Assembly: GCA_047947115.1 (NCBI GenBank)
Contig: CP170459.1
Coordinates: forward strand, 1-64,000
Origin: Verrucomicrobiota bacterium
GTDB taxonomy: Bacteria > Verrucomicrobiota > Verrucomicrobiia > Limisphaerales > AAA164-E04
Length of the DNA: 64,000 bases
Direction of reading: 5' to 3'
Part shown: piece after piece, positions 55,015-64,000 of the stretch
How the letters are laid out: every line of letters begins with the position of its first letter
How positions within the stretch are numbered: position 1 is the first letter of the stretch
Notes under the pieces: model-generated
The model's input: the letters and a program-made list of their open reading frames with translations, nothing else
What the model was told of the DNA's origin: nothing
Database searches by the model: none
Position numbers and translations under genes: made by a program

Positions 55015-57813
55015 TCACTCGGGTTGTTTGATGTGCAGGATCACAGGCTGCGAGCATTGACCGCCGTCTTCGGTGGTGCGGAGGTGGAATGTGCGGGTGG
55101 TTTCGGGGACCCATTTGGCGGCGGTGATGAAGAATTCGCGTTCGGTTTGGCCTTCGACAATCATCAGGCCGTTGAGTCCGATGTTGTCGACGTAGAGTCC
55201 GTGGGGCAAGTTGCGGCCGGCGTCTTCGTTGCCGAACGGGACACGGGCGTCGAATGCGTTGCGTCGAATGCGCACTCGAGCAGAAATGGTTTCTCCGGGA
55301 GCAATGGTCAATTCAAGTGGCCCATCGTTTTCTTCGGACTCATCCAGCGGCAGTACTTCCACCTGAATTTTTGCAGGCGATCCCGTTTTGACCTTCCCGT
55401 CAAACTCAAGATTCTGTTCGACGGTCGTTCCGTTGATCGTTGCGATAGCCTTGAAACCAATCTCACCTTCGGGCGTTTCAGTTGCCGTCCCCTTTGTTTC
55501 CCGCAGGTAAACCGCGCCGAAGGCTCGATGTTGTTCCGCCTGCACCAGTATGGGTGTTGGGACGCTGAAACCTTCGGGCACGTGGGTTGCTTCGATGCGG
55601 ATGGGACCTTGAAAATTGTCATGGCGTTCCACCTGAATCATGAATTCCCTTCCACTTCCCGGACTGACGTCCGATTTCCAACCTTCGACCCGTGCGGTGA
55701 ATCCGGGTTGTGACGGCCTTACGGTCAGGCGGTAATGGAAATTCTTCCCGCCAAACCCACGCACATCACTCAGCCGAACAATGTAATCCCCTTCCTTGGG
55801 CGCTTCAAAAATGAGTTTTGAATCCTTGCCCAGCTTGCGATAGGGATCATCATCGTTTTGATAATAGATCGGGAACACCGGTAGTCCATTGGGCGCCGGA
55901 TCGACTCCAGCGGGCACCGGACGAACGATGTAGCAGGGCTCCCCCAGAGCATGGGTGATCGCGGTGGTGCCAAAGTAGGTGTGTCTGTTTCCGAAACCGG
56001 GGTAAACCAGAAAACCGGAATCCGGTCCGCGAGGATACAACCAGAGTCGATTCACTTCTCCGTTGGAATAGAGGTATTCGTTCAGCTCCATTTCACGCCA
56101 GTTCTGCAATCGAAAATCACCCGACGTCGTGGAATCTTTCCCGCGAAACGTAAACCAAGAATCACGTAATGCCTGCAGACGAACGCGCTCAACAAGGGTC
56201 CCCTGCTCATTCAAAATCTCAATACGTGAATCCAGAGCCGATCCCGATTGGGAGGCATCCACTTCCACCACCCAGGTTTGACCAGCATCAGCGTGGAATC
56301 GAAAGTTGGCCTGCTTACCGGAACTGCTTAAAATCCCGGAGATCTCGACGGGAGCTACGACTTGTTGTGCCTGCGTCCATTCCTGATTGGCGCCATTTGA
56401 CTGGATAGCAACCTTCTCTTGTTTCAATGGTTCCTCGACACTTCCTGCGGACGAAGGTTCCGAAGCTTTAGAAAGCACCGGGTTTTCCTGTCCATTCATA
56501 GTCTTGGGCATATCTTTCCAGGCATGACTACCGTCCATGAAATGCACCAACGCCGCCTCACCCCCATTGGGTATACCGAGGGCCTGAGCAACGTCGGGTC
56601 CGGATCCCCATGCGTGCAGTGGGTTCAGATCGGGCAGTGACCAAACCTTGATGGAGCGGTCGGCGGATGAAGTGATCAGACGAGTTCCATCCGGTGACAA
56701 GGTCATATCCACAATGGCTCCCTCGTGTGCAAAGCGAGTATACTTCACCGGGTGAAGGATAGGCATGTCCACATCGGCCTGTTCCCACATTCTGATGCGC
56801 CGATCAGCTCCAACACCCAGGACAAATTGTCCATCTGGTGTAAACGCCACTTTGTATTGTTCGCCCTGCGGTTGGTTGAGCGTGTCGATGCGAACACCAT
56901 CCGTAACCCGCCAGATCTTTATGGTTTGATCGGCACTGGCGCTGGCAATCAACTTACCGGAAGGATGAAAGGCCAGGTCAAACACCGCTCCGTAATGTCC
57001 GTCGATCTGGAGCACTTCTTCACCCGATTCCAGGTTCCAAAATCGAATCACCCGATCATACCCTGCCGTTGCGAGGATCGTCCCGTCGGGTGAAAGGTCG
57101 GCATCATACAATAAATCGCCATGCCCTTTGCCAAATCGGCGAATCAAGTCACCAGTTTGCAAATCCAGGACACTCGCTTCTCCTCTTAATCCACTCACAC
57201 CCGATGCCACGATCACGCGGTCACCACGAATATGGACCGCTCCGACTTTTCCCGGAATGTCTTCTGTTTTCCATTGCTCGGACAAATCCGGCATGGATGC
57301 CAGTGCAACAAAACCGAACCCGGCACGCACCAGCCATTTCCCATCACCAGAAAATTCGGCAGCTGTGACAATGGGCGTCACTTTCTTCGATGGTTTCACT
57401 GGCGGCAAGGTAAGTGTCTTCAATATAGAAGTATCCTCAGAAAGCTCCGGTCCTTTGGCTCCCTCTTCGACCCATTTTACCAAAACGTCTATCTGCGACT
57501 GCTCCATTTGGGTTTCGCGCTTGGGCGGCATCTTGGGTTTGGCTTCACCGGTCAGCACCTGGATCAAGTAGCTTTCATCCGGACGGCCCGGAACGATCAT
57601 GGTCTTTTCGCTTTCGCCCCCCTTGTTGAGCGCGTGAAAGGTCTCAACAGACAACTCCGCTTCCAAATCCTGATCATTGTGGCAGCCGGCACAATAATCC
57701 CTGAGTAAGGGAGCGACATCCGCTCCAAAATCGATTTCGGCACGCGTGACAGGTATTCCCACCAAAAAGGCTGCAAGCAGCATGAACCATTTATTCAACC
57801 TATGCATCATCAT
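55015..57813 (-). CDS. Planctomycete cytochrome c + WD40 repeat + PPC-like domain protein
   Basis: CAGCH...KMPP; WD40 repeats (SPDG..LATAGYD..IRFW, GHYGAV..LAFHPSG); LDS and DS.L.F.AP..GDY.VR. Confidence 0.88.
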   Translation of the reverse strand: MMMHRLNKWFMLLAAFLVGIPVTRAEIDFGADVAPLLRDYCAGCHNDQDLEAELSVETFHALNKGGESEKTMIVPGRPDESYLIQVLTGEAKPKMPPKRETQMEQSQIDVLVKWVEEGAKGPELSEDTSILKTLTLPPVKPSKKVTPIVTAAEFSGDGKWLVRAGFGFVALASMPDLSEQWKTEDIPGKVGAVHIRGDRVIVASGVSGLRGEASVLDLQTGDLIRRFGKGHGDLLYDADLSPDGTILATAGYDRVIRFWNLESGEEVLQIDGHYGAVFDLAFHPSGKLIASASADQTIKIWRVTDGVRIDTLNQPQGEQYKVAFTPDGQFVLGVGADRRIRMWEQADVDMPILHPVKYTRFAHEGAIVDMTLSPDGTRLITSSADRSIKVWSLPDLNPLHAWGSGPDVAQALGIPNGGEAALVHFMDGSHAWKDMPKTMNGQENPVLSKASEPSSAGSVEEPLKQEKVAIQSNGANQEWTQAQQVVAPVEISGILSSSGKQANFRFHADAGQTWVVEVDASQSGSALDSRIEILNEQGTLVERVRLQALRDSWFTFRGKDSTTSGDFRLQNWREMELNEYLYSNGEVNRLWLYPRGPDSGFLVYPGFGNRHTYFGTTAITHALGEPCYIVRPVPAGVDPAPNGLPVFPIYYQNDDDPYRKLGKDSKLIFEAPKEGDYIVRLSDVRGFGGKNFHYRLTVRPSQPGFTARVEGWKSDVSPGSGREFMIQVERHDNFQGPIRIEATHVPEGFSVPTPILVQAEQHRAFGAVYLRETKGTATETPEGEIGFKAIATINGTTVEQNLEFDGKVKTGSPAKIQVEVLPLDESEENDGPLELTIAPGETISARVRIRRNAFDARVPFGNEDAGRNLPHGLYVDNIGLNGLMIVEGQTEREFFITAAKWVPETTRTFHLRTTEDGGQCSQPVILHIKQPE

Positions 57814-57817
57814 CCTT

Positions 57818-60331
57818 TCAGTGTTGAAACAAAAACTCGCGACTTGTCATCAAAGCCCAAAACAGATCTTCCGTTGCTGTCACCAGTTGATCCGGTTCCG
57901 TTTCCTTCAAGATTTCAAGATAAGATGCACGCTCCTTCTCGCTCGGATATCGACAAAGACACCAAAGAAAGGCCTGGTCGATCAATGCCTCCGGTGATGC
58001 CTTGGCGGCCAGCAGTTGTTGAACACGGCTGCCACTGTGCTTCAACTTCTCATTGATCGCGTCACCGTTGGAAAGATGCAGCACCTGTACCAGGCTGGGT
58101 TGATTGGACCGTTCGCATTCGCAGGTGATGGCGCGTTCGTTCCGACCAAAGGTATTGAGGAAGTAAGATGCCACCGAGGCGTCGTACAATTCCAAGGCAC
58201 GGGTGCCCTCAGGGTAAAGGGAGGTTTTTTCAAAGCTTCCATCGGTCAGTTGCAATTGATCATACACATCCGCCACATCGGTGACCGAAGCGATCGCATC
58301 CTGCAATATCTCCGCCATCAATCGCCGGGGGTAATAACGGGAGAAGTACCGGGAATCCTCTTTGTTCTCCGGCAGGACCTGACTGGATCGTTGATAGGTT
58401 TCCGACTGCAGGATCAATCGCATCAACGCTTTCAAATCATAATTCCGCTCCACCAAGAACTCCGACAACTCGGAAAGCAATGCCTCGTTGGAAGCTGGAT
58501 TCGACACACGCAGGTCATCGACCGGCTCCACCAATCCCACTCCGAACAGAGCAGCCCAAATGCGATTGGCCACCGATCGCGTGAAGTAAGGATTATCGGG
58601 CGAAGCCACCCACTCGGCCACCTGAATACGCCGGTCTTCAGGTGCTTCCATGTCGAGCGGATCAGCATCCAATGGGGCGGGCGGTTGAGGTTTACCGGTG
58701 CGGGGCTGGATCAAATCACCCTGATCCTCGACATACAAGGTTCGGATCCCGTCCCCGCCCCGAGCGTCCCCACCCCAGCCCTTGGCGCGCACACGGGCAA
58801 AGAGATTGGCGAAACCATAGTATTGATCATTGGTCCATTTCTCCAGCGGATGGTTGTGGCATTTGGCACAATTGATGGAAAGGCTGAGAAAGGCCTGGCT
58901 CACGTTTTCAGCCATGGTTTCCGGATCCTGATGCAAGGCATAAAAATTCGTTTCACCGCTTTCGACGCTGTCCCCGCGGGCGGTCAACACATCCCGCACC
59001 CACACATCCCAAGGGGTGTTGCGGCGAACGTTTTCCCGGATCCATTCGTAATAGGACTTCAGTGGACCAGGACGCAAGGAACGACTGCTGACCAGAAACA
59101 CATCGGACCAGCGGTAGGACCAGTAATCGACATACGCTTCACTGGACAGCAAACGATCGATCAATTGATCGCGTTTATTGGGATCATTGGATGCTAGAAA
59201 CTCCGTGGTTTCCGCCGGCTCGGGAAGTCGACCGATGAGATCCAGAAAAACACGCCGAGCAAACGACGCATCCTTTGAACGAGGCGATGGAAGCAGTCGC
59301 AATTGTTTCAGCTGTTCCAGATTGATTTGATCTATGAAGTTCCGCGTCGGTTGTTTGGCAAATTGGACATCCTGAATGACCGATTCAAATGGCGAAGTCA
59401 CACGGGCAATCACGACCCGACTGGAGAACCAAACACTCACTGCTCCCTCTCCGCTTCCGATCACTTCCACCCTGCCGGTCGCTTCATCAACCTTGGCAAC
59501 TGTTTCGTTCACCGAAGTGAACTTGGCCCAATCCGTGACATCCTCAACCCGGCCGTCACCGTAGTGAGCACGGACGATCAAGCGCTGAACATCCCCTTTG
59601 CGCAAGATGCTGTGCGGAGGCAGGACTTCGACTCGTTGGAGTTCGGCTTCCTCAGCTTGGGGTGGCGTGGCGCCTTGAGCAATCCATTCTGCGAGGATTT
59701 GGTATTCCCTTGAATGCGGATCAAGGCGTTTTCCTCCCTTGTGACGAACTGCCATGGTGGGTTTGGTTAAAAACAAACTACGCTCCGGAGCAAGGAGTTC
59801 GATGCGGCGACCAAGGGCTTCACGCGTGATGTTGTAATGATCGGACTCCGGATCATACCCGCGCAAACTCAAGCGAAAACCACCTTTGCCGGCCAATGCC
59901 CCATGACAAGCACCCTGGTTGCATCCGGCTTTCGCCATCACCGGCAGGATATGACGATTGAAACTCCAGGCTTCCTGCTGGTCCTGACCCGATACGTTCA
60001 CGACCACCGATACTTCGCCGGTTTCCGTCACAGCTTTGATCGTCGCGGTTCCGTTTCCACTCGCATGCAGTGTTCCATTCTCATGGATGCTGGCGATCCC
60101 CGATTGAGAAGATTCCCAGGAAAGAACAGGCACTTCTCCTCGCGCAATGCCACCCAGCTCACGCACAACCATCAAGCGTTGAAATACGTCCGGTCCCTGG
60201 AGGGAGATTTGATCCGGTAGAATGCGCAAGGTTTCCTCTGCCGCCGCAGTCAGGAACGTAAGGTTTCCCCACACTATAAAACCCAGCAAGAAAGCCTGAT
60301 TCATAAATAATATACTTTTCACCTGTTTCAT
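57818..60331 (-). CDS. DUF1549/DUF1553 protein with Ig-like (Big_2) domains
   Basis: GCNQGACHG...GKGGFRLSLRG, CAKCHNHP, NPYF, NPASN and TCECER. Confidence 0.92.
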   Translation of the reverse strand: MKQVKSILFMNQAFLLGFIVWGNLTFLTAAAEETLRILPDQISLQGPDVFQRLMVVRELGGIARGEVPVLSWESSQSGIASIHENGTLHASGNGTATIKAVTETGEVSVVVNVSGQDQQEAWSFNRHILPVMAKAGCNQGACHGALAGKGGFRLSLRGYDPESDHYNITREALGRRIELLAPERSLFLTKPTMAVRHKGGKRLDPHSREYQILAEWIAQGATPPQAEEAELQRVEVLPPHSILRKGDVQRLIVRAHYGDGRVEDVTDWAKFTSVNETVAKVDEATGRVEVIGSGEGAVSVWFSSRVVIARVTSPFESVIQDVQFAKQPTRNFIDQINLEQLKQLRLLPSPRSKDASFARRVFLDLIGRLPEPAETTEFLASNDPNKRDQLIDRLLSSEAYVDYWSYRWSDVFLVSSRSLRPGPLKSYYEWIRENVRRNTPWDVWVRDVLTARGDSVESGETNFYALHQDPETMAENVSQAFLSLSINCAKCHNHPLEKWTNDQYYGFANLFARVRAKGWGGDARGGDGIRTLYVEDQGDLIQPRTGKPQPPAPLDADPLDMEAPEDRRIQVAEWVASPDNPYFTRSVANRIWAALFGVGLVEPVDDLRVSNPASNEALLSELSEFLVERNYDLKALMRLILQSETYQRSSQVLPENKEDSRYFSRYYPRRLMAEILQDAIASVTDVADVYDQLQLTDGSFEKTSLYPEGTRALELYDASVASYFLNTFGRNERAITCECERSNQPSLVQVLHLSNGDAINEKLKHSGSRVQQLLAAKASPEALIDQAFLWCLCRYPSEKERASYLEILKETEPDQLVTATEDLFWALMTSREFLFQH

Positions 60332-61713
60332 GCGAACAACTCCTGGATAGGTTGACGTCCCACATCAACCAAGGGGAACGGGCGACCGGAAGGTCCGGGC
60401 AGGTGCCCTTCATGGTCGATCCCGAGTGAGTAAAAAATGGTGGCCACGATGTCGGCAGGTTCCACCGGCCGTTCGGCAGGAAACCCACCAATCGGGTCAC
60501 TTGCGCCAACAACGCGCCCTCCGTGAACCCCTCCGCCCGCGAAGGAAACGGTAAAACACTGAGGCCAATGATCGCGTCCACCAGCAGGGTTCACTTTCGG
60601 TGTTCGACCGAATTCGCTCAGGCAAGTAACCATCGTATCATCCAGCAGGCCCCGCTGGGAAAGATCTTCGATCAGGGCGGAATATGCCTGGTCATACATC
60701 GGCGCCACGATGTCCCGCATCCCTGAAATGGAAGTAAACGGTTTCGATCCATGAATATCCCAGGTCGTTTCATCGAACACGGTGAGGAAGGTATTGATGG
60801 TGATAAATCGAACCCCGTTCTCCACCAAACGACGCGCCAGCAAGCAACATTGACCGAAACGATTCATGCCATACCGTTCTCTCACCTTTTGAGGTTCTTT
60901 GGCCAGATCAAAGGCTGACCGGGCCTGTTCGCTGGTCATCATCCGGTAGGCAGCCTGAAAGTTATCATCCATCAGGCGCGCATCCTCGCTGGCTTCAAAA
61001 TCGGTGAAGGCCTGCTCCACGATGTCCCGCATCTTTCTGCGCCGTTCCAGACGACGCGCCCCGATTTGGTCCGGTGGCAGCAGATCCGGCACTTTGAAAT
61101 CCTGTTTGGAAGGGTCGGCCATCAAGGCGAACGGATCGTGCGCCTTACCGAGAAAGCCGCCTGCCTGACCATTTGGAAGATTACCGCCACCGCGTCCCAT
61201 CAATTCCGGCAACACCACAAAAGGTGGTAAGTCAGTTTTGCGCCCCCGCAGGTAACTGACCACTGCGCCTGCGTGAGGGGTCTGGATACCACCGGTGAAC
61301 CGACGACCGGTCTGCAGAATCTGCCACCCCGCGTCGTGCACCGCCGCGCCACCGTGATGCACAGATCGCACCAGGGAAAACTTGTCGGCGATCTTGGCGT
61401 GCAAGGGCAGAATCTCCGAAATATCGATATCCGGCGATTTGGTTCGGATGGGTTTGAACGGTCCACGCACCTCTCGGGCGGCGTCCGGTTTCATGTCCCA
61501 GAGATCGACATGACTAGGACCGCCGAGATTGAAGATCATGATGCAGGAGCGATCCTCCTTGGGTTTGGAAACAGCGCCGGCAGCTTTCGCCGCGAGCAGC
61601 TGAGGCAACGATAAACCGATCGCACCCAAAGCACCCACCTGCAAAAACTCACGCCGTCTCAAATGGCTACCGCCACAAAGAGACGCCTGTTTATCGGCAA
61701 GAAAATCGAGCAT
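60328..61713 (-). CDS. DUF1501 protein with Tat-like signal
   Basis: RRREFLQVG, GGPSHVDLWDMKP, FGQCCLLARRLVE.GV, WDIH and EFGRTP.VN..GGRDHWP. Start reassigned to MLDFL. Confidence 0.93.
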   Translation of the reverse strand: MLDFLADKQASLCGGSHLRRREFLQVGALGAIGLSLPQLLAAKAAGAVSKPKEDRSCIMIFNLGGPSHVDLWDMKPDAAREVRGPFKPIRTKSPDIDISEILPLHAKIADKFSLVRSVHHGGAAVHDAGWQILQTGRRFTGGIQTPHAGAVVSYLRGRKTDLPPFVVLPELMGRGGGNLPNGQAGGFLGKAHDPFALMADPSKQDFKVPDLLPPDQIGARRLERRRKMRDIVEQAFTDFEASEDARLMDDNFQAAYRMMTSEQARSAFDLAKEPQKVRERYGMNRFGQCCLLARRLVENGVRFITINTFLTVFDETTWDIHGSKPFTSISGMRDIVAPMYDQAYSALIEDLSQRGLLDDTMVTCLSEFGRTPKVNPAGGRDHWPQCFTVSFAGGGVHGGRVVGASDPIGGFPAERPVEPADIVATIFYSLGIDHEGHLPGPSGRPFPLVDVGRQPIQELFA

Positions 61714-61975
61714 GGACGGATAATAGGCACTGGTCGGCAGAATGACAATTGCGAACTGATATTGTGTTCGAGAGCGCAGTTTAATTAAAAGGATTCCCGT
61801 AGGGCCAATTTCAGTCTTGAACCCACTCCATACCTTGTAATATCCGAACAATTTTCAAGCAGAAATGGAATCGCCACCGGCACCTGAATACCTCTACCTT
61901 CCCTCGTTCCGCATCTTGTGGTCAGGGACACCATGAGGAAGAAGTTTGGGGTCGAGGTGGAACTCCCCCTCCTGG

Positions 61976-62170
61976 CTATGGCATCCAAATCGTCGACACT
62001 ATGGATCGTTCGGGGCCGTTCTGGGGATCAGTGATGTAATGAAGGGCAACGACCTTGCCGTCGGGCCTTTGAACTGATCAACAGTAGCCGATGTGATGTT
62101 GGACATCCTCAACAGGAACAAGATTCGCCTGCATGACCAAAGCCGTTAATAAATACGAAAGCCATTTCAT
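61976..62170 (-). pseudogene. Internally deleted BNR/sialidase-like gene remnant with a nonsense codon
   Basis: Not in the ORF track. Reads MKWLSYLLTALVMQA...HIGYC*SVQRPDGKVVALHY.TDP..GPERSIVSTIWMP: a signal peptide joined to a sialidase-like C-terminus. Confidence 0.55.
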
Positions 62171-62413
62171 GATTGATTCAGGACATACTCATGTAAGTCA
62201 ACTGATTCACAAGCGAAAAGAGGAGATCCGATGACTGCAGTACACCCCAGGTAGCGACGTGTCGTCCCTGACGCGTCCCTTGGGGGTTCGAAACACATTC
62301 AACTTTCGTTTGGCGAAGCCTTTGGGACCACTTTTTTGTGAAAGCGACTGCGCTGCGGAAACATTGCTGCATTCTCCTTGAATGTGCCCTCTATCCGTGT
62401 GAGATTCCATGCA

Positions 62414-64000
62414 TTGAGAACTTTCCTACATTCCATCCCTGGCTCTACGACCTATTGGTCTTGGAGGTTGGTACACAGGATAAGCTTCGGTTCTTTGCTG
62501 GCGCTGTTTTTTGGCGTAGTCCAGTCGATCGCGCAGCCCATAGTCATATCCGAGTTTATTGCCTCAAATCAATCGGGATTGACAGATGAAGACGGCGATT
62601 GGAGTGACTGGATGGAGCTCTACAATGCTGGCAATGAACCCGCTTCTATAACGGGTTGGTATTTGACCGACGATGCAACGGACCTGACCAAATGGACTTT
62701 TCCTGACACCACTCTTCCAGGTCGATCGACCCTGATTGTATTTGCTTCAGGCAAAGATCGATCAGAGGCCGGCTCCGAACTTCACACCAATTTTCGTTTG
62801 AACAGAGACGGGGGCTATCTCGGACTGATCCAAGCCGATGGCAGAACCGTTTCACATGCTTACGAACCGGAGTATCCGCCACAATTTCGCGAAATTTCCT
62901 ATGGCATCCGCATGCAATTCGAAACGACGGCTTTTGTTCCGATCCAGGCGAGAGGCAAACTGCTTTTTCCTAAGAACAACGCCTTGGGGATGTCATGGAC
63001 CTTGCCCGACTTCAACGATACGCAATGGCTCGATGTTACACTTGGCATTGGCTACCAGCAGGAAGTTTCCGACGGCGCCCCCGGTTCCCCCACCGAACTG
63101 AACACGCCACCGGGAAATGCGTCCTCACGAACCGATGTGACGCAGCCCGGTGATTCGATTGAGCCCAGCTCCTTTCTATCCCCGTCGAGTGAAGGTGTGA
63201 TCAACGCGATCGACAACAACAAGGACACGAAGTATCTGAACTTCGACAAACTCAACGCCGGTTTCACCGTCAAGATGGCGAGCGGAGCCGCTGCCGTCAC
63301 CGGATTACGCCTAACCTCAGCAAACGATGCTCCGGATAGGGATCCGAGCGAGTTTATCCTTTCGGGCTCCAACAACGGTGCCGCTTTTCGTCAGATCGCG
63401 ACCGGCTCGATCCCGGAATTTTCAAACCGATTTGAAACAGTCGAGATCAATTTTGAAAACGAAACAGCCTATGCTTACTACCGGCTACTGTTCCCAAATG
63501 TTCGCAATGCAACCGTCGCAGTGGCGATGCAAATTGCCGAAGTGGAATTTTTATCGTCGAATGACGGCACCCCCTCAATCACCCCGGGCGAAATCGACCT
63601 GTCAAAGCTTCAGGATATTTCCGGACCAGAGGACAGTATTAACCCGACGACGTTTAATTCCCCAACCAACGAAGAGGTATGGCGGGCGATTGACAATGAC
63701 TCCGGCACAAAATACCTGAACTTTGATGGACCGGGTTCGGGATTCATTTTACAACCAGCAGTCGGCTCAACAATCCTCAATGGACTTCGATTCACCTCCG
63801 CCAACGACGCACCCGGCAGAGACCCCGCTTCCTACAGACTTGAGGGGCTTTCGGACGACAATACGTTCGAATTGATTGCCATGGGAACCATGCCGCCGTT
63901 TGAAGACAGGTTTACGGAGGTCGAAGTATCCTTCGTTAATGACAAGGCTTATGAAACTTACCGCCTTCTCTTCCCTACACTGCAGGGCGGAAACAGTCAG
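62414..64000 (+). CDS. Large secreted protein with lamin-tail domain and repeated discoidin/F5-8-like modules (3'-truncated by window)
   Basis: Missing from the ORF track because it has no stop in the window. VISEFIASNQSGLTDEDGDWSDWMELYN (LTD), then two copies of AIDN...TKYLNFD...GLR.TSANDAP.RDP...YRLLFP. Start uncertain (62384/62399/62414). Confidence 0.82.
   Translation, partial: MRTFLHSIPGSTTYWSWRLVHRISFGSLLALFFGVVQSIAQPIVISEFIASNQSGLTDEDGDWSDWMELYNAGNEPASITGWYLTDDATDLTKWTFPDTTLPGRSTLIVFASGKDRSEAGSELHTNFRLNRDGGYLGLIQADGRTVSHAYEPEYPPQFREISYGIRMQFETTAFVPIQARGKLLFPKNNALGMSWTLPDFNDTQWLDVTLGIGYQQEVSDGAPGSPTELNTPPGNASSRTDVTQPGDSIEPSSFLSPSSEGVINAIDNNKDTKYLNFDKLNAGFTVKMASGAAAVTGLRLTSANDAPDRDPSEFILSGSNNGAAFRQIATGSIPEFSNRFETVEINFENETAYAYYRLLFPNVRNATVAVAMQIAEVEFLSSNDGTPSITPGEIDLSKLQDISGPEDSINPTTFNSPTNEEVWRAIDNDSGTKYLNFDGPGSGFILQPAVGSTILNGLRFTSANDAPGRDPASYRLEGLSDDNTFELIAMGTMPPFEDRFTEVEVSFVNDKAYETYRLLFPTLQGGNSQ

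Noticed and set aside
58016..59197. Long plus-strand ORFs opposite DUF genes (also 43982-44824, 32533-33324, 28806-29519, 55024-55713)
   Set aside because: Antisense shadows of well-supported minus-strand genes, with no recognisable motifs.
62078..62080. Second selenocysteine codon (Cys-UGA)
   Set aside because: The position corresponds, from memory of the family, to Arg in GY.RSVQRPDG, so CGA>TGA is likely. The ORF is a deletion remnant and no clear SECIS was seen.

Overview
This 64-kb bacterial window looks like Verrucomicrobiota (PVC superphylum). That assignment is inferred from the gene families present: DUF1501/DUF1549-1553, DUF1552/DUF1592, prepilin H-X9-DG proteins and Verrucomicrobia-style C-terminal FYR domains. 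The accessory region starts at a tRNA-Thr(CGT) at 4306-4381. A ~9.1-kb integrative element bounded by a perfect 55-bp att repeat (4327-4381 / 13418-13472) carries a tyrosine integrase, an unknown gene, an HTH excisionase/AlpA-like gene and a Toprim primase-SF3 helicase. It has no capsid, terminase, tail or conjugation genes, so it resembles a minimal phage satellite. It also has matching arm-type sites at both ends, a candidate sigma54-driven small RNA and a mosaic LamG surface-protein cargo. Beyond attR lie an internally deleted IS66 and a ~1950-aa gingipain-like (C25) protein whose whole protease module is duplicated (2162 bp) around five Ig-like repeats. At 24772-25590 two 'split' ORFs read as one membrane-anchored AhpC/TSA-type selenoprotein (in-frame UGA in UxxC, followed by a SECIS-like hairpin). 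The rest is typical PVC content: recD2, heme/DUF gene modules, xylose isomerase, hydrolases, gene remnants and REP-like repeats. All family calls come from motif recognition by eye; no database search was run.
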